The translations under genes and the position numbers were made by a program. DNA of 64,000 nucleotides from Eledone cirrhosa. Taxonomy: Eukaryota. Below, piece by piece: positions 49,401 to 64,000 of this stretch. Under the pieces are notes generated by a model. The model did no database searches. It was not told the origin of the DNA and saw only the letters and a program-made list of their open reading frames with translations. Each line of letters opens with the position of its first letter. Position 1 is the first letter of the stretch. The stretch is from positions 11,160,001-11,224,000 of the forward strand of contig OZ024742.1 of NCBI GenBank assembly GCA_964016885.1, given 5' to 3'.

Positions 49401-52400
49401 GTAGAGTAGTCTGGTGTAGTCTGGTGTGGTGTAGTGTGGTGTGGTATAGTGTGGTGTGGTGTGGTATAGTGTGGTGCAGTGTAGTGCTGTATGATATAGT
49501 GTGGTGCGGTGTGGTGTAGTGTGGTATGGTGTGGTGCAGTGTGGTGTAGTGTGGTGTAGTGCTGTATGATATGGTGTGGTGTGGTGTGGTGTTGTGTAGT
49601 GTGGTTTACTGTGGTGTAGTGTGGTGTAGTATGGTGTCGTGTAGTGTAGTGTTGTATGATATCGTGTGGTGTGGTGTAGTGTAGTGTGGTGTGGTGTAGT
49701 GTGGTGTGGTGTGCTGTGCTGTGCTGTTCTGTGGTGTGGTGTCGTGAGGTGTAGTGGGGTGTGGTGTAGTGTAGTGTGGTGTAGTATGGTGTGGTGTAGT
49801 GTAGTCTAGTGTAGTGTGGTGTAGTGTGGTTCAGTTTAGTGTAGTGCTGTATGATATGGTGTGGTGTGGTGTGGTGTAGTGTGGTGTAGTGTGGTGTGGT
49901 GTAGTATGGTGTAGTGCTGTATGATATGCTGTGGTGTGGTGTGGTGTGGTGTGGTGTGGTGTGGTGTAGTGTGGTGTAGTGTGGTGTGGTGTAGTATGGT
50001 GTAGTGCTGTATGATATGCTGTGGTGTGGTGTGGTGTGGTGTGGTGTGGTGTGGTGTGGTGTGGTGTAGTGTGGTGTAGTGTAGTGTAGTGCTGTATGAG
50101 ATGGTGTGGTGTGGTGTGCTGTGCTGTGCTGTGCTGTGGTGTGGTGTGGTGTGGTATAGTGGGGTGTGGTGTAGTGTGGTGTAGTGTAGTCTAGTGTAGT
50201 GTGGTGTAGTGTGGTTTAGTGTAGTGTAGTGCTGTATGATATGGTGTGGTGTAGTGTGGTGTGGTCTGGTGTAGTGTGGTGTGGTGTAGTGTGTTGTAGT
50301 GTAGTGTAGGGTAGTGCTGTATGATATAGTGTGGTGTGGTGTGGTGTGGTGTGGTGTAGTGTAGTGTGGTATAGTGTGGTGTGGTATAGTGTGGTGTGGT
50401 ATAGTGTGGTGTGGTGTGGTGTGGTGTAGTGTGGTGTAGTATAGTGTAGTGTAGTGCTGTATGATATGGTGTGGTGTAGTGATGTATGGTGTGGTGTCGT
50501 GTGTTGTAGTGTAGTGTGGTGTAGTGTGGTGTGGTGTAGTGTGGTGTAGTTTAGTGTAGTGTAGTGCTGTATGAGATGGTGTGGTGTGGTGTGGTGTGGT
50601 GTAGTGTGGTGTAGTTTAGTGTAGTGTAGTGCTGTATGAGATGGTGTGGTGTGGTGTGGTGTGGTGTGCTGTGGTGTGGTGTGGTGTAGTTGGGTGTGGT
50701 GTAGTGTAGTGTGGTGTAGTGTGGTGTGGTGTAGTGTAGTGTGGTGTAATGTGGTTTAGTGTAGTGTAGTGCTGTATGATATGGTGTGGTGTGGTGTAGT
50801 GTGGTGTGGCGTGGTGTAGTGTGGTGTGGTGTGGTGTAGTGTGGTGAGGTGTGGTGTGGTGTAGTGTGGTGTCGTATGGTGTAGTGTGGTGTGGCGTGGT
50901 GTAGTGTGCTGTAGTGTAGTGTAGTGTGTTATAGTGTGGTGTGTGATATGGTTTAGTGTAGTGTGGTGTGGTTTAGTTTGGTGTGGTGTGGTGTAGTGTA
51001 GTGTGGTGTGGTGTAGTGTGGTGTAGTGTGGTGTAGTGTGGTGTAGTGTAGTATGGTGTAGTGTGGTGTGGCGTGGTGTAGTGTGGTGTGGTGTGGTGTA
51101 GTGTGGTGAGGTGTGGTGTGGTGTAGTGTGGTGTGTGATATGTTTTAGTGTAGTGTGGTGTGGTTTAGTTTGGTGTGGTGTGGTGTAGTGTAGTGTGGTG
51201 TGGTGTAGTGTAGTGTGGTGTGGTGTAGTGTGGTGTAGTGTAGTGTGGCGTAGTGTAGTGTGGTGTGGTGTAGTGTGGTGTCGTGTAGTGTAGTGTGGTT
51301 GGCTCTGGTGTGGTGTAGTGTGGTGTGGTGTAGTGTGGCGTAGTGTTGTGTAGTGTGCTGTGGTGTGGTGTAGTATGGTGTGGTGTAGTCTGATGTGGTG
51401 TGGTGTGGTGTAGTGTAGTGTGGTGTGGTGTAGTGTACTGTGGTGTAGTGTGGTGTGGTGTGGTGTAGTGTAGTGTGTTGTGCTGTAGTGTGGTGTGGTG
51501 TAGTGTAGTGTGGTATGGTGTAGTTTTGTGTGGTGTGTTGTAGTGAGGTGTAGTGTGGTGTTGTGTAGTGTGGTGTGGTGTTGTGTAGTGTGGTGTGGTT
51601 TGGTTTGGTGTGGTGTGGTGCGGTGTAGTGTGGTGTTGTGTGTAGTAGTGTAGTGTAGTGTAGTGTAGAGTGGCCTGGTGTGGTGTAGAATAGTGTAGTG
51701 TGGTTTATTGTGCTGTGGTGTAGTGTATTGTGGTGTGGTGTGGTGTGGTATAGTGTAGTATGGTGTAGTGTGGTATGGTGTGGTGTAGTGTAGTGTGGTG
51801 TAGTGTGGTGTGGTGTAGTGTAGTGTAGTCTATTGTACTGTGGTGTGGTGTAGTGTTGTGTGGTGTAGTGTGGTACTGTATGGTGTGGTGGGGTGTGGTG
51901 TAGTGTAGTGTAGTGTAGTGTAGTGCTGTATGATATGGTGTGGTGTAGTGTGGTGTGGTGTAGTGTGGTGTAGTGTGGTATAATGTAGTGTGGTGTAGTG
52001 TGGTGTAGTGTAGTGAAGTGTAGTGCTGTATGATATCGTGTGGTCTGGTGTGGTGTGCTGTGCTGTGCTGTGCTGTGGTGGGGTGTAGTGTAGTGTAGTG
52101 TGGTGTAGTCTGGTGTGGTGTAGTGTAGTCTAGTGTAGTGTGGTGTAGTGTGGTATAGTGTAGAGTAGTGCTGTATGATATGGTGTGGTTTGGTGTGGCG
52201 TGTTGTAGTGTAGTGTGGTGTAGTGTAGTGTGGTGTGCTCTGGTGTGGTGTGGTGTGGTGTGGTGTGGTGTGGTGTGGTGTGGTGTGGTGTAGTGTACTG
52301 TGGTGTAGTGTTGTGTGGTGTGGTGTGCTGTTGTGTGGTGTGGTGTGGTTTGGTGTGGTGTAGTGTGGTGTGGTGTTATACCACTTGTGTGGTTTGGTTT

Positions 52401-55400
52401 GGTGTGGTGTGGTGTGGTGTAGTGTACTGTGGTGTAGTGTTGTGTGGTGTGGTGTGCTGTTGTGTGGTGTAGTGTAATGTAGTGTAGTGCTGTATGATAT
52501 GGTGTGGTGTGGTTTGGCGTGGTGTAGTGTATTGTGGTGTAGTGTAGTGTAGTGTTGAGCTGTATGATATGGTGTCAGGTGGTGAAGTGTGGTGTGCTGT
52601 GGTGTAGTGTGGTGTGGTGTGGTGTATTGTACTGTTGTGTAGTGTAGTGAAGTGTGGTGTAGTATGGTGTAGTGTAGTGTAGTGCTATATGACATGGTAT
52701 GGTGTGGTGTAGTATGTTGTGGTGTAGTGTGGTGTAGTGTAGTGTATTGCTGTATGATATGGTGTGGTGTGGTGTAGTGTGGTGTGGTGTAGTGTGGTGT
52801 AGTGTGGTATAATGTAGTGTGGTGTGGTGTAGTGTGGTGTAGTGTAGTGTAGTGCTGTATGATATCGTGTGGTGTGGTGTGGTGAGGTGTGCTGTGCTGT
52901 GGTGTGGTGTGGTGTAGTGTAGTGTGGTGTGATGCTGGGTGGTGTAGTGTAGTCTAGTGTAGTGTGGTGTAGTGTGGTTTAGTGTAGTGTAGTACTGTAT
53001 GATATGGTGTGTTGTGGTGTCGTGTGGTGTAATATTGTGTGGTGTAGTGTAGTGTAGTGTGGTGTGGTGTAGTGTGGTTTGGTGTGGTGTAGTGTGTTGT
53101 ATTGTAGTGTGGTGTGGTGTAGTGTGGCGTAGTTTGGTGTTTTGTAATGTAGTGTAGTTCTGTATGATATGATATGATGTGGTGTGGTGTGGTGTGGAGT
53201 GGTGTAGTGTGGTGTAGTGTAGTGTGGTGTAGTGTGGTTTGGTGTGGTGTAGTATGGTGTGGTGTGGTGTAGTGTAGTGTGGTGTGGTGTAGTGTAGTGT
53301 AGTGTGGTGCTATGTGGTGTAGTGTAGTGTAGTGTGGTGTTATGTGGTGTACTGTAGTGTAGTGCTTTATGATGTGGTGTGGTGTTGTGTGGTGTAGTGT
53401 AGTTAGTGCTGTTAGATATGGTGTGGAGTGGTGTGGTGTGGTTTTGTGTGGTGTAGTGTGGTGTATGATAAGGTGTGGTGTAGTGTAGTGTAGTGTAGCA
53501 CTGTATGATATGGTGTGGTGAGGTGTGGTGTGGTCTGGTGTGGTGTAGTGTGTTGTAGTGTAGTGTAGGGTAGTGCTGTATGATATAGTTTGGTGTGGTG
53601 TGGTGTAGTGTGTTGTGGTTTGGTGTGGTGAGGTGTAGTGTAGTGTGGTGTGGTGTAGTCTGGTGTAGTGCCGTATAGTGCTGTATGATATGGTGTGCTG
53701 TGGTGTAGTGTGGTGTTGTGTGGTGTCGTGTGCTCTGGTGTGGCGTGGTGTGGTGTGGCGTAGAATAGTGTAGTGTGCTGTGGTCTGGTGTAGTGTGGTG
53801 TGGTGTAGTGCGATGTGGTGTGGTGTGGTGTGGTGTAGTGTAGTGTGGTGTGGTGTGGTGTAGTGTAGTGTGGTTTGCTTTGGTGTGGTGTGGTGTAGTG
53901 TGGTGTTGTGTGTCGTAGTGTAGTGTAGTGTAATGTGGTGTGGTGTAGAGTAGTGTAGTGTGGTGTAGTGTGCTGTGGTGTAGTGTATTGTGGTGTGGTG
54001 TGGTATAGTGTAGTATGGTGTGGTGTTGTATGGTGTTGTGTAGTGTAATGTGGTGTAGTGTAGTGTGTGGTGGTGTTGTGTGGTGTGGTGTAGTGTAGTG
54101 TGGTGTGGTGTGGTGTAGTGTAGTGTGGTTTGCTTTGGTGTGGTGTGGTGTAGTGTGGTGTTGTGTGTCGTAGTGTAGTGTAGTGTAATGTGGTGTGGTG
54201 TAGAGTAGTGTAGTGTGGTGTAGTGTGCTGTGGTGTAGTGTATTGTGGTGTGGTGTGGTATAGTGTAGTATGGTGTGGTGTTGTATGGTGTTGTGTAGTG
54301 TAATGTGGTGTAGTGTAGTGTGTGGTGGTGTTGTGTGGTGTGGTGTAGTGTAGTGTGGTATGGTGTGGTGTAGTGTGATGTGGTGTGCCGTTGTGTGGTT
54401 TGGTGTGGTGTAGTGTGGTGTAGTGTGGTGTGGTGTGGTTTGGTGTGGTGTGGTGTGGTGTGGTGTAGTTTTGTGTTTTGTGGTGTAGTGTAGTGAGGTG
54501 TGGTGTGGTGTAGAGTAGTGTAGTGTGGTGTAGTCTTGTGTGGTGTAGTGTGGTGTGGTGTGGTATAGTGTGGTGTAGTGTGGTGTAGTGTAGTGTAGTG
54601 TAGTGCTGTATGATATGGTGTGGTGTGGTGTAGTGTGGTATAGTGTGGTGTAGTGTAGTGTATTGCTGTATGATATGGTGTGGTGTGGTGTAGTGTGGTA
54701 TAGTGTGGTGTAGTGTAGTGTATTGCTCTATGATATGGTGTGATGTGGTGTAGTGTGGTATAGTGTGGTGTAGTGTAGTGTATTGCTGTATGATATGGTG
54801 TGGTGTGGTGTAGTGTGGTATAGTGTGGTGTAGTGTAGTGTATTGCTGTATGATATGGTGTGGTGTGGTGTAGTGTGGTATAGTGTGGTGTAGTGTAGTG
54901 TATTGCTCTATGATATGGTGTGGTGTGGTGTAGTGTGGTATAGTGTGGTGTAGTGTAGTGTATTGCTCTATGATATGGTGTGATGTGGTGTAGTGTGGTA
55001 TAGTGTGGTGTAGTGTAGTGTATTGCTGTATGATATGGTGTGGTGTAGTGTGGTATAGTGTGGTGTAGTGTAGTGTATTGCTGTATGATATGGTGTGGTG
55101 TGGTGTAGTGTGGTATAGTGTGGTGTAGTGTAGTGTATTGCTGTATGATATGGTGTGATGTGGTGTAGTGTGGTATAGTGTGGTGTAGTGTAGTGTATTG
55201 CTGTATGATATGGTGTGGTGTGGTGTAGTGTGGTATAGTGTGGTGTAGTGTAGTGTATTGCTCTATGATATGGTGTGATGTGGTGTAGTGTGGTATAGTG
55301 TGGTGTAGTGTAGTGTATTGCTGTATGATATGGTGTGGTGTGGTGTAGTGTGGTGTAGTGTGGTGTAGTGTAGTGTATTGCTCTATGATATGGTGTGGTG

Positions 55401-58400
55401 TGGTGTAGTGTGGTATAGTGTGGTGTAGTGTAGTGTATTGCTGTATGATATGGTGTGGTGTGGTGTAGTGTGGTATAGTGTGGTGTAGTGTAGTGTATTG
55501 CTCTATGATATGGTGTGATGTGGTGTAGTGTGGTATAGTGTGGTGTAGTGTAGTGTATTGCTGTATGATATGGTGTGGTGTGGTGTAGTGTGGTATAGTG
55601 TGGTGTAGTGTAGTGTATTGCTGTATGATATGGTGTGATGTGGTGTGGTGTGGTATAGTGTGGTGTAGTGTAGTGTATTGCTGTATGATATGGTGTGGTG
55701 TGGTGTAGTGTGGTGTAGTGTAGTGTATTGCTCTATGATATGGTGTAGTGTGGTATAGTGTGGTGTAGTGTAGTGTATTGCTGTATGATATGGTGTGATG
55801 TGGTGTAGTGTGGTATAGTGTGGTGTAGTGTAGTGTATTGCTGTATGATATGGTGTGATGTGGTGTAGTGTGGTATAGTGTGGTGTAGTGTAGTGTATTG
55901 CTCTATGATATGGTGTGATGTGGTGTAGTGTGGTATAGTGTGGTGTAGTGTAGTGTATTGCTGTATGATATGGTGTGGTGTGGTGTAGTGTGGTGTAGTG
56001 TGGTGTAGTGTAGTGTATTGCTCTATGATATGGTGTAGTGTGGTATAGTGTGGTGTAGTGTAGTGTAGTGCTGTATGATATGGTGTGGTGTGGTGTAGTG
56101 TGGTATAGTGTGGTGTAGTGTAGTGTATTGCTGTATGATATGGTGTGGTGTGGTGTAGTGTGGTATAGTGTGGTGTAGTGTAGTGTATTGCTCTATGATA
56201 TGGTGTGATGTGGTGTGGTGTGGTATAGTGTGGTGTAGTGTATTGCTCTATGATATGGTGTGGTGTGGTGTAGTGTGGTGTGGTGTGGTGTAGTGTAGTG
56301 TAGTGTAGTGTATTGCTCTATGATATGGTGTGATGTGGTGTGGTGTGGTATAGTGTGGTGTAGTGTAGTGTAGTGTAGTGTATTGCTCTATGATATGGTG
56401 TGATGTGGTGTGGTGTGGTGTTGTGTGGTGTAGTGTGGTACTGTATGGTGTGGTGGGGTGTGGTGTGGTGTAGTGTGGTGTGGTGTAGTGTAGTGTAGTC
56501 TATTGTACTGTGGTGTGGTGTAGTGTTGTGTGGTGTAGTGTGGTACTGTATGGTGTGGTGGGGTGTGGTGTAGTGTAGTGTAGTGTAGTGTAGTGCTGTA
56601 TGATATAGTGTGGTGTAGTGTGGTGTGGTGTAGTGTGGTGTAGTGTGGTATAATGTAGTGTGGTGTAGTGTGGTGTAGTGTAGTGTATTGCTGTATGATA
56701 TGGTGTGGTGTGGTGTAGTGTGGTGTAGTGTAGTGTATTGCTCTATGATATGGTGTAGTGTGGTATAGTGTGGTATAGTGTGGTGTAGTGTAGTGTATTG
56801 CTGTATGATATGGTGTGGTGTGGTGTAGTGTGGTGTAGTGTGGTATAATGTAGTGTGGTGTAGTGTGGTGTAGTGTAGTGTATTGCTGTATGATATGGTG
56901 TGGTGTGGTGTAGTGTGGTGTAGTGTAGTGTATTGCTCTATGATATGGTGTAGTGTGGTATAGTGTGGTATAGTGTGGTGTAGTGTAGTGTATTGCTGTA
57001 TGATATGGTGTGGTGTGGTGTAGTGTGGTGTAGTGTGGTATAATGTAGTGTGGTGTAGTGTGGTGTAGTGTAGTGTATTGCTGTATGATATGGTGTGGTG
57101 TGGTGTAGTGTGGTGTAGTGTAGTGTATTGCTCTATGATATGGTGTAGTGTGGTATAGTGTGGTATAGTGTGGTGTAGTGTAGTGTATTGCTGTATGATA
57201 TGGTGTGGTGTGGTGTAGTGTGGTGTAGTGTGGTGTAGTGTAGTGTATTGCTGTATGATATGGTGTGGTGTGGTGTAGTGTGGTGTAGTGTGGTGTAGTG
57301 TAGTGTATTGCTGTATGATATGGTGTGGTGTGGTGCGGTGTAGTGTGGTGTTGTGTGTAGTAGTGTAGTGTAGTGTAGTGTAGAGTGGCCTGGTGTGGTG
57401 TAGAATAGTGTAGTGTGGTTTATTGTGCTGTGGTGTAGTGTATTGTGGTGTGGTGTGGTGTGGTATAGTGTAGTATGGTGTAGTGTGGTATGGTGTGGTG
57501 TAGTGTAGTGTGGTGTAGTGTGGTGTGGTGTAGTGTAGTGTAGTCTATTGTACTGTGGTGTGGTGTAGTGTTGTGTGGTGTAGTGTGGTACTGTATGGTG
57601 TGGTGGGGTGTGGTGTAGTGTAGTGTAGTGTAGTGTAGTGCTGTATGATATGGTGTGGTGTAGTGTGGTGTGGTGTAGTGTGGTGTAGTGTGGTATAATG
57701 TAGTGTGGTGTAGTGTGGTGTAGTGTAGTGAAGTGTAGTGCTGTATGATATCGTGTGGTCTGGTGTGGTGTGCTGTGCTGTGCTGTGGTGTTCTGTGCTG
57801 TGTTGTGGTGTAGTGTAGTGTGGTGTAGTGTGGTATGGTGTGGTGTAATATGTTGGAGTGTAGTGTGGTGCAGTGTGGTGTAGTGTATTGCTGTATGATA
57901 TGGTCTGGTGTGGTGTAGTGTGGTGTAGTGTGGTGTAGTGTAGTGTAGTGCAGTATGATATCGTGTGGTGTGGTGTGGTGTGGTGTGGTGTGGTATGGTG
58001 TGGTGTGGTGTGCTGTGCTGTGGTGGGGTGTAGTGTAGTGTAGTGTGGTGTAGTCTGGTGTGGTGTAGTGTAGTCTAGTGTAGTGTGGTGTAGTGTGGTA
58101 TAGTGTAGAGTAGTGCTGTATGATATGGTGTGGTTTGGTGTGGCGTGTTGTAGTGTAGTGTGGTGTAGTGTAGTGTGGTGTTGTGCTGTATGATACGGTG
58201 TCGTGTGGTGTAGTGTGGTGTGGTGTGGTGTAGTGTAGTGTAGTGTAGTGTAGTGTAGTGTAGTGTAGTGTAGTGTGGTGTTGTGCTGTATGATATGGTG
58301 TCGTGTGGTGTAGTGTGGTGTGGTGTGGTGTAGTGTAGTGTGGTGTTGTGCTGTATGATATGGTGTCGTGTGGTGTAGTGTGGTGTGGTGTGGTGTAGTG

Positions 58401-59660
58401 TAGTGTGGTGTAGTGTAGTGTGGTGTAGTGTGTTGTTTCGTAGTGTAGTCTAGTGCTTTATGATATGGTGTGGTGTGCTGTGGAGTGGTGTAGTGTGGTC
58501 TGGCGTGGTGTAGTGTGCTTTAGTCAAGTGTAGTGTGGTGTAGTGTGGTGTGGTCTGGTGTAGTGTGGTGTAGTGTAGTGTGGTGTGGTGTGGTGTGGTG
58601 TGGTGTAGTGTAGTGTGGTGTGGTGTAGTGCAGTGTGGTGTATTGTAGTGTGGTGTAGTGTAGTGTGGTGTAGTGTGGTATAGTGTAGTGTGGTGTGGTA
58701 TAGTGTAGTGTAGTGTGGTGTGGTCTGGTGTAGTGTGGTGTAGTGTAGTGTGGTGTGGTGTGGTGTGGTGTGGTGTGGTGTGGTGTGGTCTGGTGTAGTG
58801 TAGTGTAGTGTGGTGTGGTGTGGTGTGGTGTGGTGTGGTGTGGTGTAGTGTAGTGTGGTGTGGTGTAGTGCAGTGTGGTGTATTGTAGTGTGGTGTAGTG
58901 TAGTGTGGTGTAGTGTGGTATAGTGAAGTGTAGTGTGGTGTGGTCTGGTGTAGTGTGGTGTAGTGTAGTGTAGTGTGATGTGGTGAGGTGTAGTGTGGTG
59001 TGTTGTGGTGTGTTGTGGTGTGGTGTGGTGTAGTGTAGTGTGGTGTGGTGTAGTGTCGTGTAGTGTGGTGTGGTGTAGTGTAGTGTGGTGTGGTGTAGTG
59101 TAGTGTGGTGTAGTGTGGTATAGTGTAGTGTAGTGTGGTATAGTGTAGTGTGGTGTGGTCTGGTGTAGTGTGGTGTGGTGTGGTGTAGTGTGGTGTAGTG
59201 TAGTCGGGTGTGGTGTAGTGTAGTTCAGTGTGGTGTAGTGTAGTGTGGTGTAGTGTGGTATAGTGTTGTGTAGTGTGGTATAGTGTAGTGTGGTGTGGTC
59301 TGGTGTAGTGTGGTGTAGTGTAGTGTAGTGTGGTGTGGTGTGGTGTGGTGTGGTGTGGTGTGGTGTGGTGTAGTGTAGTCGGGTGTGGTGTAGTGTAGTT
59401 CAGTGTGGTGTAGTGTAGTGTGGTGTAGTGTGGTATAGTGTTGTGTAGTGTGGTATAGTGTAGTGTGGTGTGGTCTGGTGTAGTGTGGTGTAGTGTAGTG
59501 TAGTGTGGTGTGGTGTGGTGTAGTGTGGTGTGGTGTGGTGCGGTGCGGTGTGGTGTGGTGTAGTGTAGTGTGGTGTGGTGTAGTGCAGTGTGGTGTAGTG
59601 TAGTGTGGTATAGTGTAGTGTAGTGTGGTATAGTGTTGTGTGGTGTGGTGTGGTGTGGTA
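43425..59660. repeat. ~16.2-kb pentamer satellite (GTGTG/GTGTA)n with gctgtatgatat landmarks and higher-order repeats
   Basis: Directly visible; a ~60-bp period dominates 54600-57320. Confidence 0.97.
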
Positions 59661-59724
59661 TATTGATGCGTTTAGAAACTGTAAGGTGTGATCATCCTCA
59701 CGTTGCACCAAGTTAGTTTCTGTA

Positions 59725-62700
59725 TACACACTCACACACATACACTCTCACACACATACACACACACATTCACACACTCACACACATACACACTCACACA
59801 CTCACACACTCACACACTCACACACATACACTCTCACACACATACACCCACACACATTCACACACTCACACACATACACACTCACACACTCACACACTCA
59901 CACACTCACACACTCACACACATACACTCTCACACACATACACACACACATTCACACACTCACACACATACACACTCACACACTCACACACTCACACACT
60001 CACACACATACACTCTCACACACATACACCCACACACATTCACACACTCACACACATACACACTCACACACTCACACACATACACACTCACACACATACA
60101 CATACATACACTTATACACTCACACACATACACACACATATACACAACACTCACACACATACAATACACACTCACACACTCACACACTCACACACTCACA
60201 GACGCACACTCACACACATACACACACACACACTCACACACTCACACATACTCAACCATATATACACACACTCACACACTCACACACTCACACATACACA
60301 CATACACACACCCACACAGACACACACTCACACACTCACACACACACACACACAGACACACACTCACACATACACACATACACTTATACACACATACACA
60401 CATACACACATACACACACATACACACATACACACACTCACATAAACACATACACACACTCACACATACACACACTCACACACATAAACAGATACACACA
60501 CTCACACACTAACAGATACGCACACTCACACATACACACATACACACATACGCACATACACACATACACAGACCCACACACTCACACTTACACACATACA
60601 CTCATACACAATGTACACACATACACACATACACTCATACACATATATACACATACACACACTCACACACTCACACACTCACACATATACACATTCACAC
60701 ATACACACACACATACACACATAGACTCATACACACACTCAGACACTGACACATTTACTCATACATACATATACACATACACACACTCACACATACACCC
60801 ATACACACGTACACACATACACACATACACTCATACACATATACACATACATAATTACACACACTCACACATACACACATACAAAACATGCACACATACA
60901 CATGCACACATACACACATACACACATACACACATACACTCATACACACACTCACATTCACACACTCACACTCACACACTCACACATACACACATACACA
61001 GATACACACACTCACAAACTCACACATATACTCATACACACATACACATAGACACACACATATACACATATACACACATACACATAAACACATACACATA
61101 CACACATTCACACCTACACACATACACAAACTCATACACACACTCACACATACGCGCACTCACACATACACACATAGCCACTTACACACATACAGACATA
61201 CACACACTCACACATACACACATACACATATCAAAACATACACACACTTACACATACATACATACTCACATACACACATACACACACGCACACATGAACA
61301 CATACACACATACATACATGAACATATACACACATACACACATACACACATAAACACATACACACACACACTCACATACACACATACACATATGCACACA
61401 CTCACACACACACTCATACACACACACTCATACACACATACACACATACACTCATACACACATACACACATACACACATACACTCATACACACATACACA
61501 CATACACATATACTGATACACACTCACACACTCACACATATATTCATACATACATACACACATACACACACTCACACATATACTCATACATACATACACA
61601 CATACACACATATACTCAAACATACATGCATACATACACACACTCACATATATACTCATACATACATACACACATACACACATACACACATAAACACATA
61701 AACACACACACTCACACATACACACATACACATATTCACACACTCACACACACACTCATACACTCATACACACATACACTCATACACATATACACACATA
61801 CACTCATACACACACTCACACATACACACATACACACATACACACATACACACATTCACACAATACACACATAAACACATATACACATACACACTCACAC
61901 ACTCACACATATACTCATACATACATAAACACATACACACGCTCACACGTATACTCATACATACACACATACACACGCTCACACATATACTCAAACATAC
62001 ATGCATACATACACACACTCACATATATACTCATACACACATACACACACTCACACATACACACATACACACATACACTCATACACACACTCACACATAC
62101 ACTCATACAATCATACACACATACACACATACACACATATACTCAAACATACATACATACATACATACACACACTCACACATATACTCATAAATACATAC
62201 ACACACTCACACATATACTCATAAATACATACTCATAAATACATACACACATACACACATACACACACTTACACGTACACACATACACACACACTCACAC
62301 ACATACACATATGCACACACTAACACACACACTCATACACTCATACACACATACACTCATACCCACATACACACATACACTCATACACACACTCACACAT
62401 ACACACATACACACATACACTCATACAAACACTCACGCATACACTCATACACTCATACACACATACACACACTCACACATACACACATACACACATATAC
62501 TCATACACACTCAGACACTCACACATATACTCATACATACATACACACATACACACACTCACACATATACTCAAACATACATACATACACACACTCACAC
62601 ATATACTCATACATACATACACACATACACACATACACACACTCACACATATACTCAAACATACATACATACACACACTCACACATATATGCATACATAC

Positions 62701-63040
62701 ATACATACACACATACACACACTCACACATACACACATACACATATACACACATACACACATAAACACATACACACATACACACACTGACACTCACACAC
62801 TGACACACTCTTACATACACAGATACATACATACACATATACACACATACATACATACATACACACACTCACACATACACATGCACACACACACACATAA
62901 ACACATACACACACTCGCACATACACACATACACACATACACACATGCACATACACACACTCACACATACACACAGACATACACACACTCACACATACAC
63001 ACATACACACATACACACAGACACACACACACACACATAT
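59725..63040. repeat. (CA)n/(CATA)n/(CACT)n compound microsatellite
   Basis: Directly visible. Confidence 0.95.
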
Positions 63041-64000
63041 ATAGTCACAGACATTTGACACTCAAACACACACACACATATATAGTCACAGACAAGTGAC
63101 ACACACACACATATATATAGTCACAGACAAGTGACACTCACACACACACATATATAGTCACAGACAAGTGACACACACACACACACACATATATAGTCAC
63201 AGACATGTGACACACACACACACAAATATATAGTCACAGACAAGTGGCACTCACACACACACACATAGTCACAGACAAGTGACACACACACACACACACA
63301 TACACATATATAGTCACAGACATGTGACACACACACACACACACACATACATAGTCAGAGATATGTGACACTCACACACACACACATATATATAGTCACA
63401 TACATAGTCAGACAAGTGACACACACACGTATATAGTCACAGACATGTGACACACACACACACACATATATAGTCACAGACATGTGACACACACACACAC
63501 ACACATATATAGTCACAGACATGTGACACACACACACACACACACATATATATAGTCACAGACAAGTGACATACACACACACATATATAGTCACAGACAT
63601 GTGACACACACACACACACATATATAGTCAGAGACAGGTGACACACACACACATATATAGTCACTGACAAGTGACACACACACACATATATAGTCACAGA
63701 CATGTGACACACACACACACATATATAGTCACAGACATGTGACACACACACACACACACACATACATAATCAGACAAGTGACACACACACATACACATAT
63801 ATAGTCACAGACATGTGGCACACACACACACACATATATAGTCACAGACAAGTGACACACACACACATATATAGTCACAGACATGTGACACACACACACA
63901 CACATACATAATAAGACAAGTGACACACACACACACACATATATAGTCACAGACAAATGACACACACACATATATAGTCACAGACATGTGACACACACAC
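63040..64000. repeat. ~35-45-bp minisatellite atatatagtcacagaca(t/a)gtgac(ac)n
   Basis: Constant core with gtcac...gtgac dyad and a variable (CA)n spacer. Confidence 0.9.

Noticed and set aside
43425-59660. Telomeric repeat, or His/Thr-rich protein ORFs
   Set aside because: The repeat is not TTAGGG, and the ORFs are satellite translations with frequent stops.

Overview
Repeat-dominated animal DNA with no confidently identifiable host gene. The SINE families and microsatellite load suggest an octopus or other cephalopod (inference). The main theme is a dense population of Penelope-like retroelements (PLEs) sitting in (TA)n tracts. These include a young, nearly intact RT + GIY-YIG element with a multi-kb inverted 3' duplication (18.6-27.8 kb), two more GIY-YIG remnants with the same inverted architecture, and many short derivatives. 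Folding by eye gives nine type-I hammerhead ribozyme motifs with intact cores, three of them carrying the compensatory U3-A8 core (UUGANAA). A recurrent class of 200-380 bp 'snap-back' mini-elements has its palindrome centre in hammerhead stem II, so most copies keep only the GAAA/stem III/cleavage-site half. Also present are a decayed R4/Dong LINE in (TAA)n, RTE 3' ends, tRNA-derived SINEs, and two CRE-type endonuclease fragments coupled to minisatellites (one array derives from the endonuclease coding sequence, the other lies in a Helitron-like shell). The last third is a 16-kb GTGTR pentamer satellite followed by (CA)-rich arrays. Most ORFs in the supplied track are microsatellite translations. 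All folds, alignments and family assignments were made by eye and need computational confirmation.
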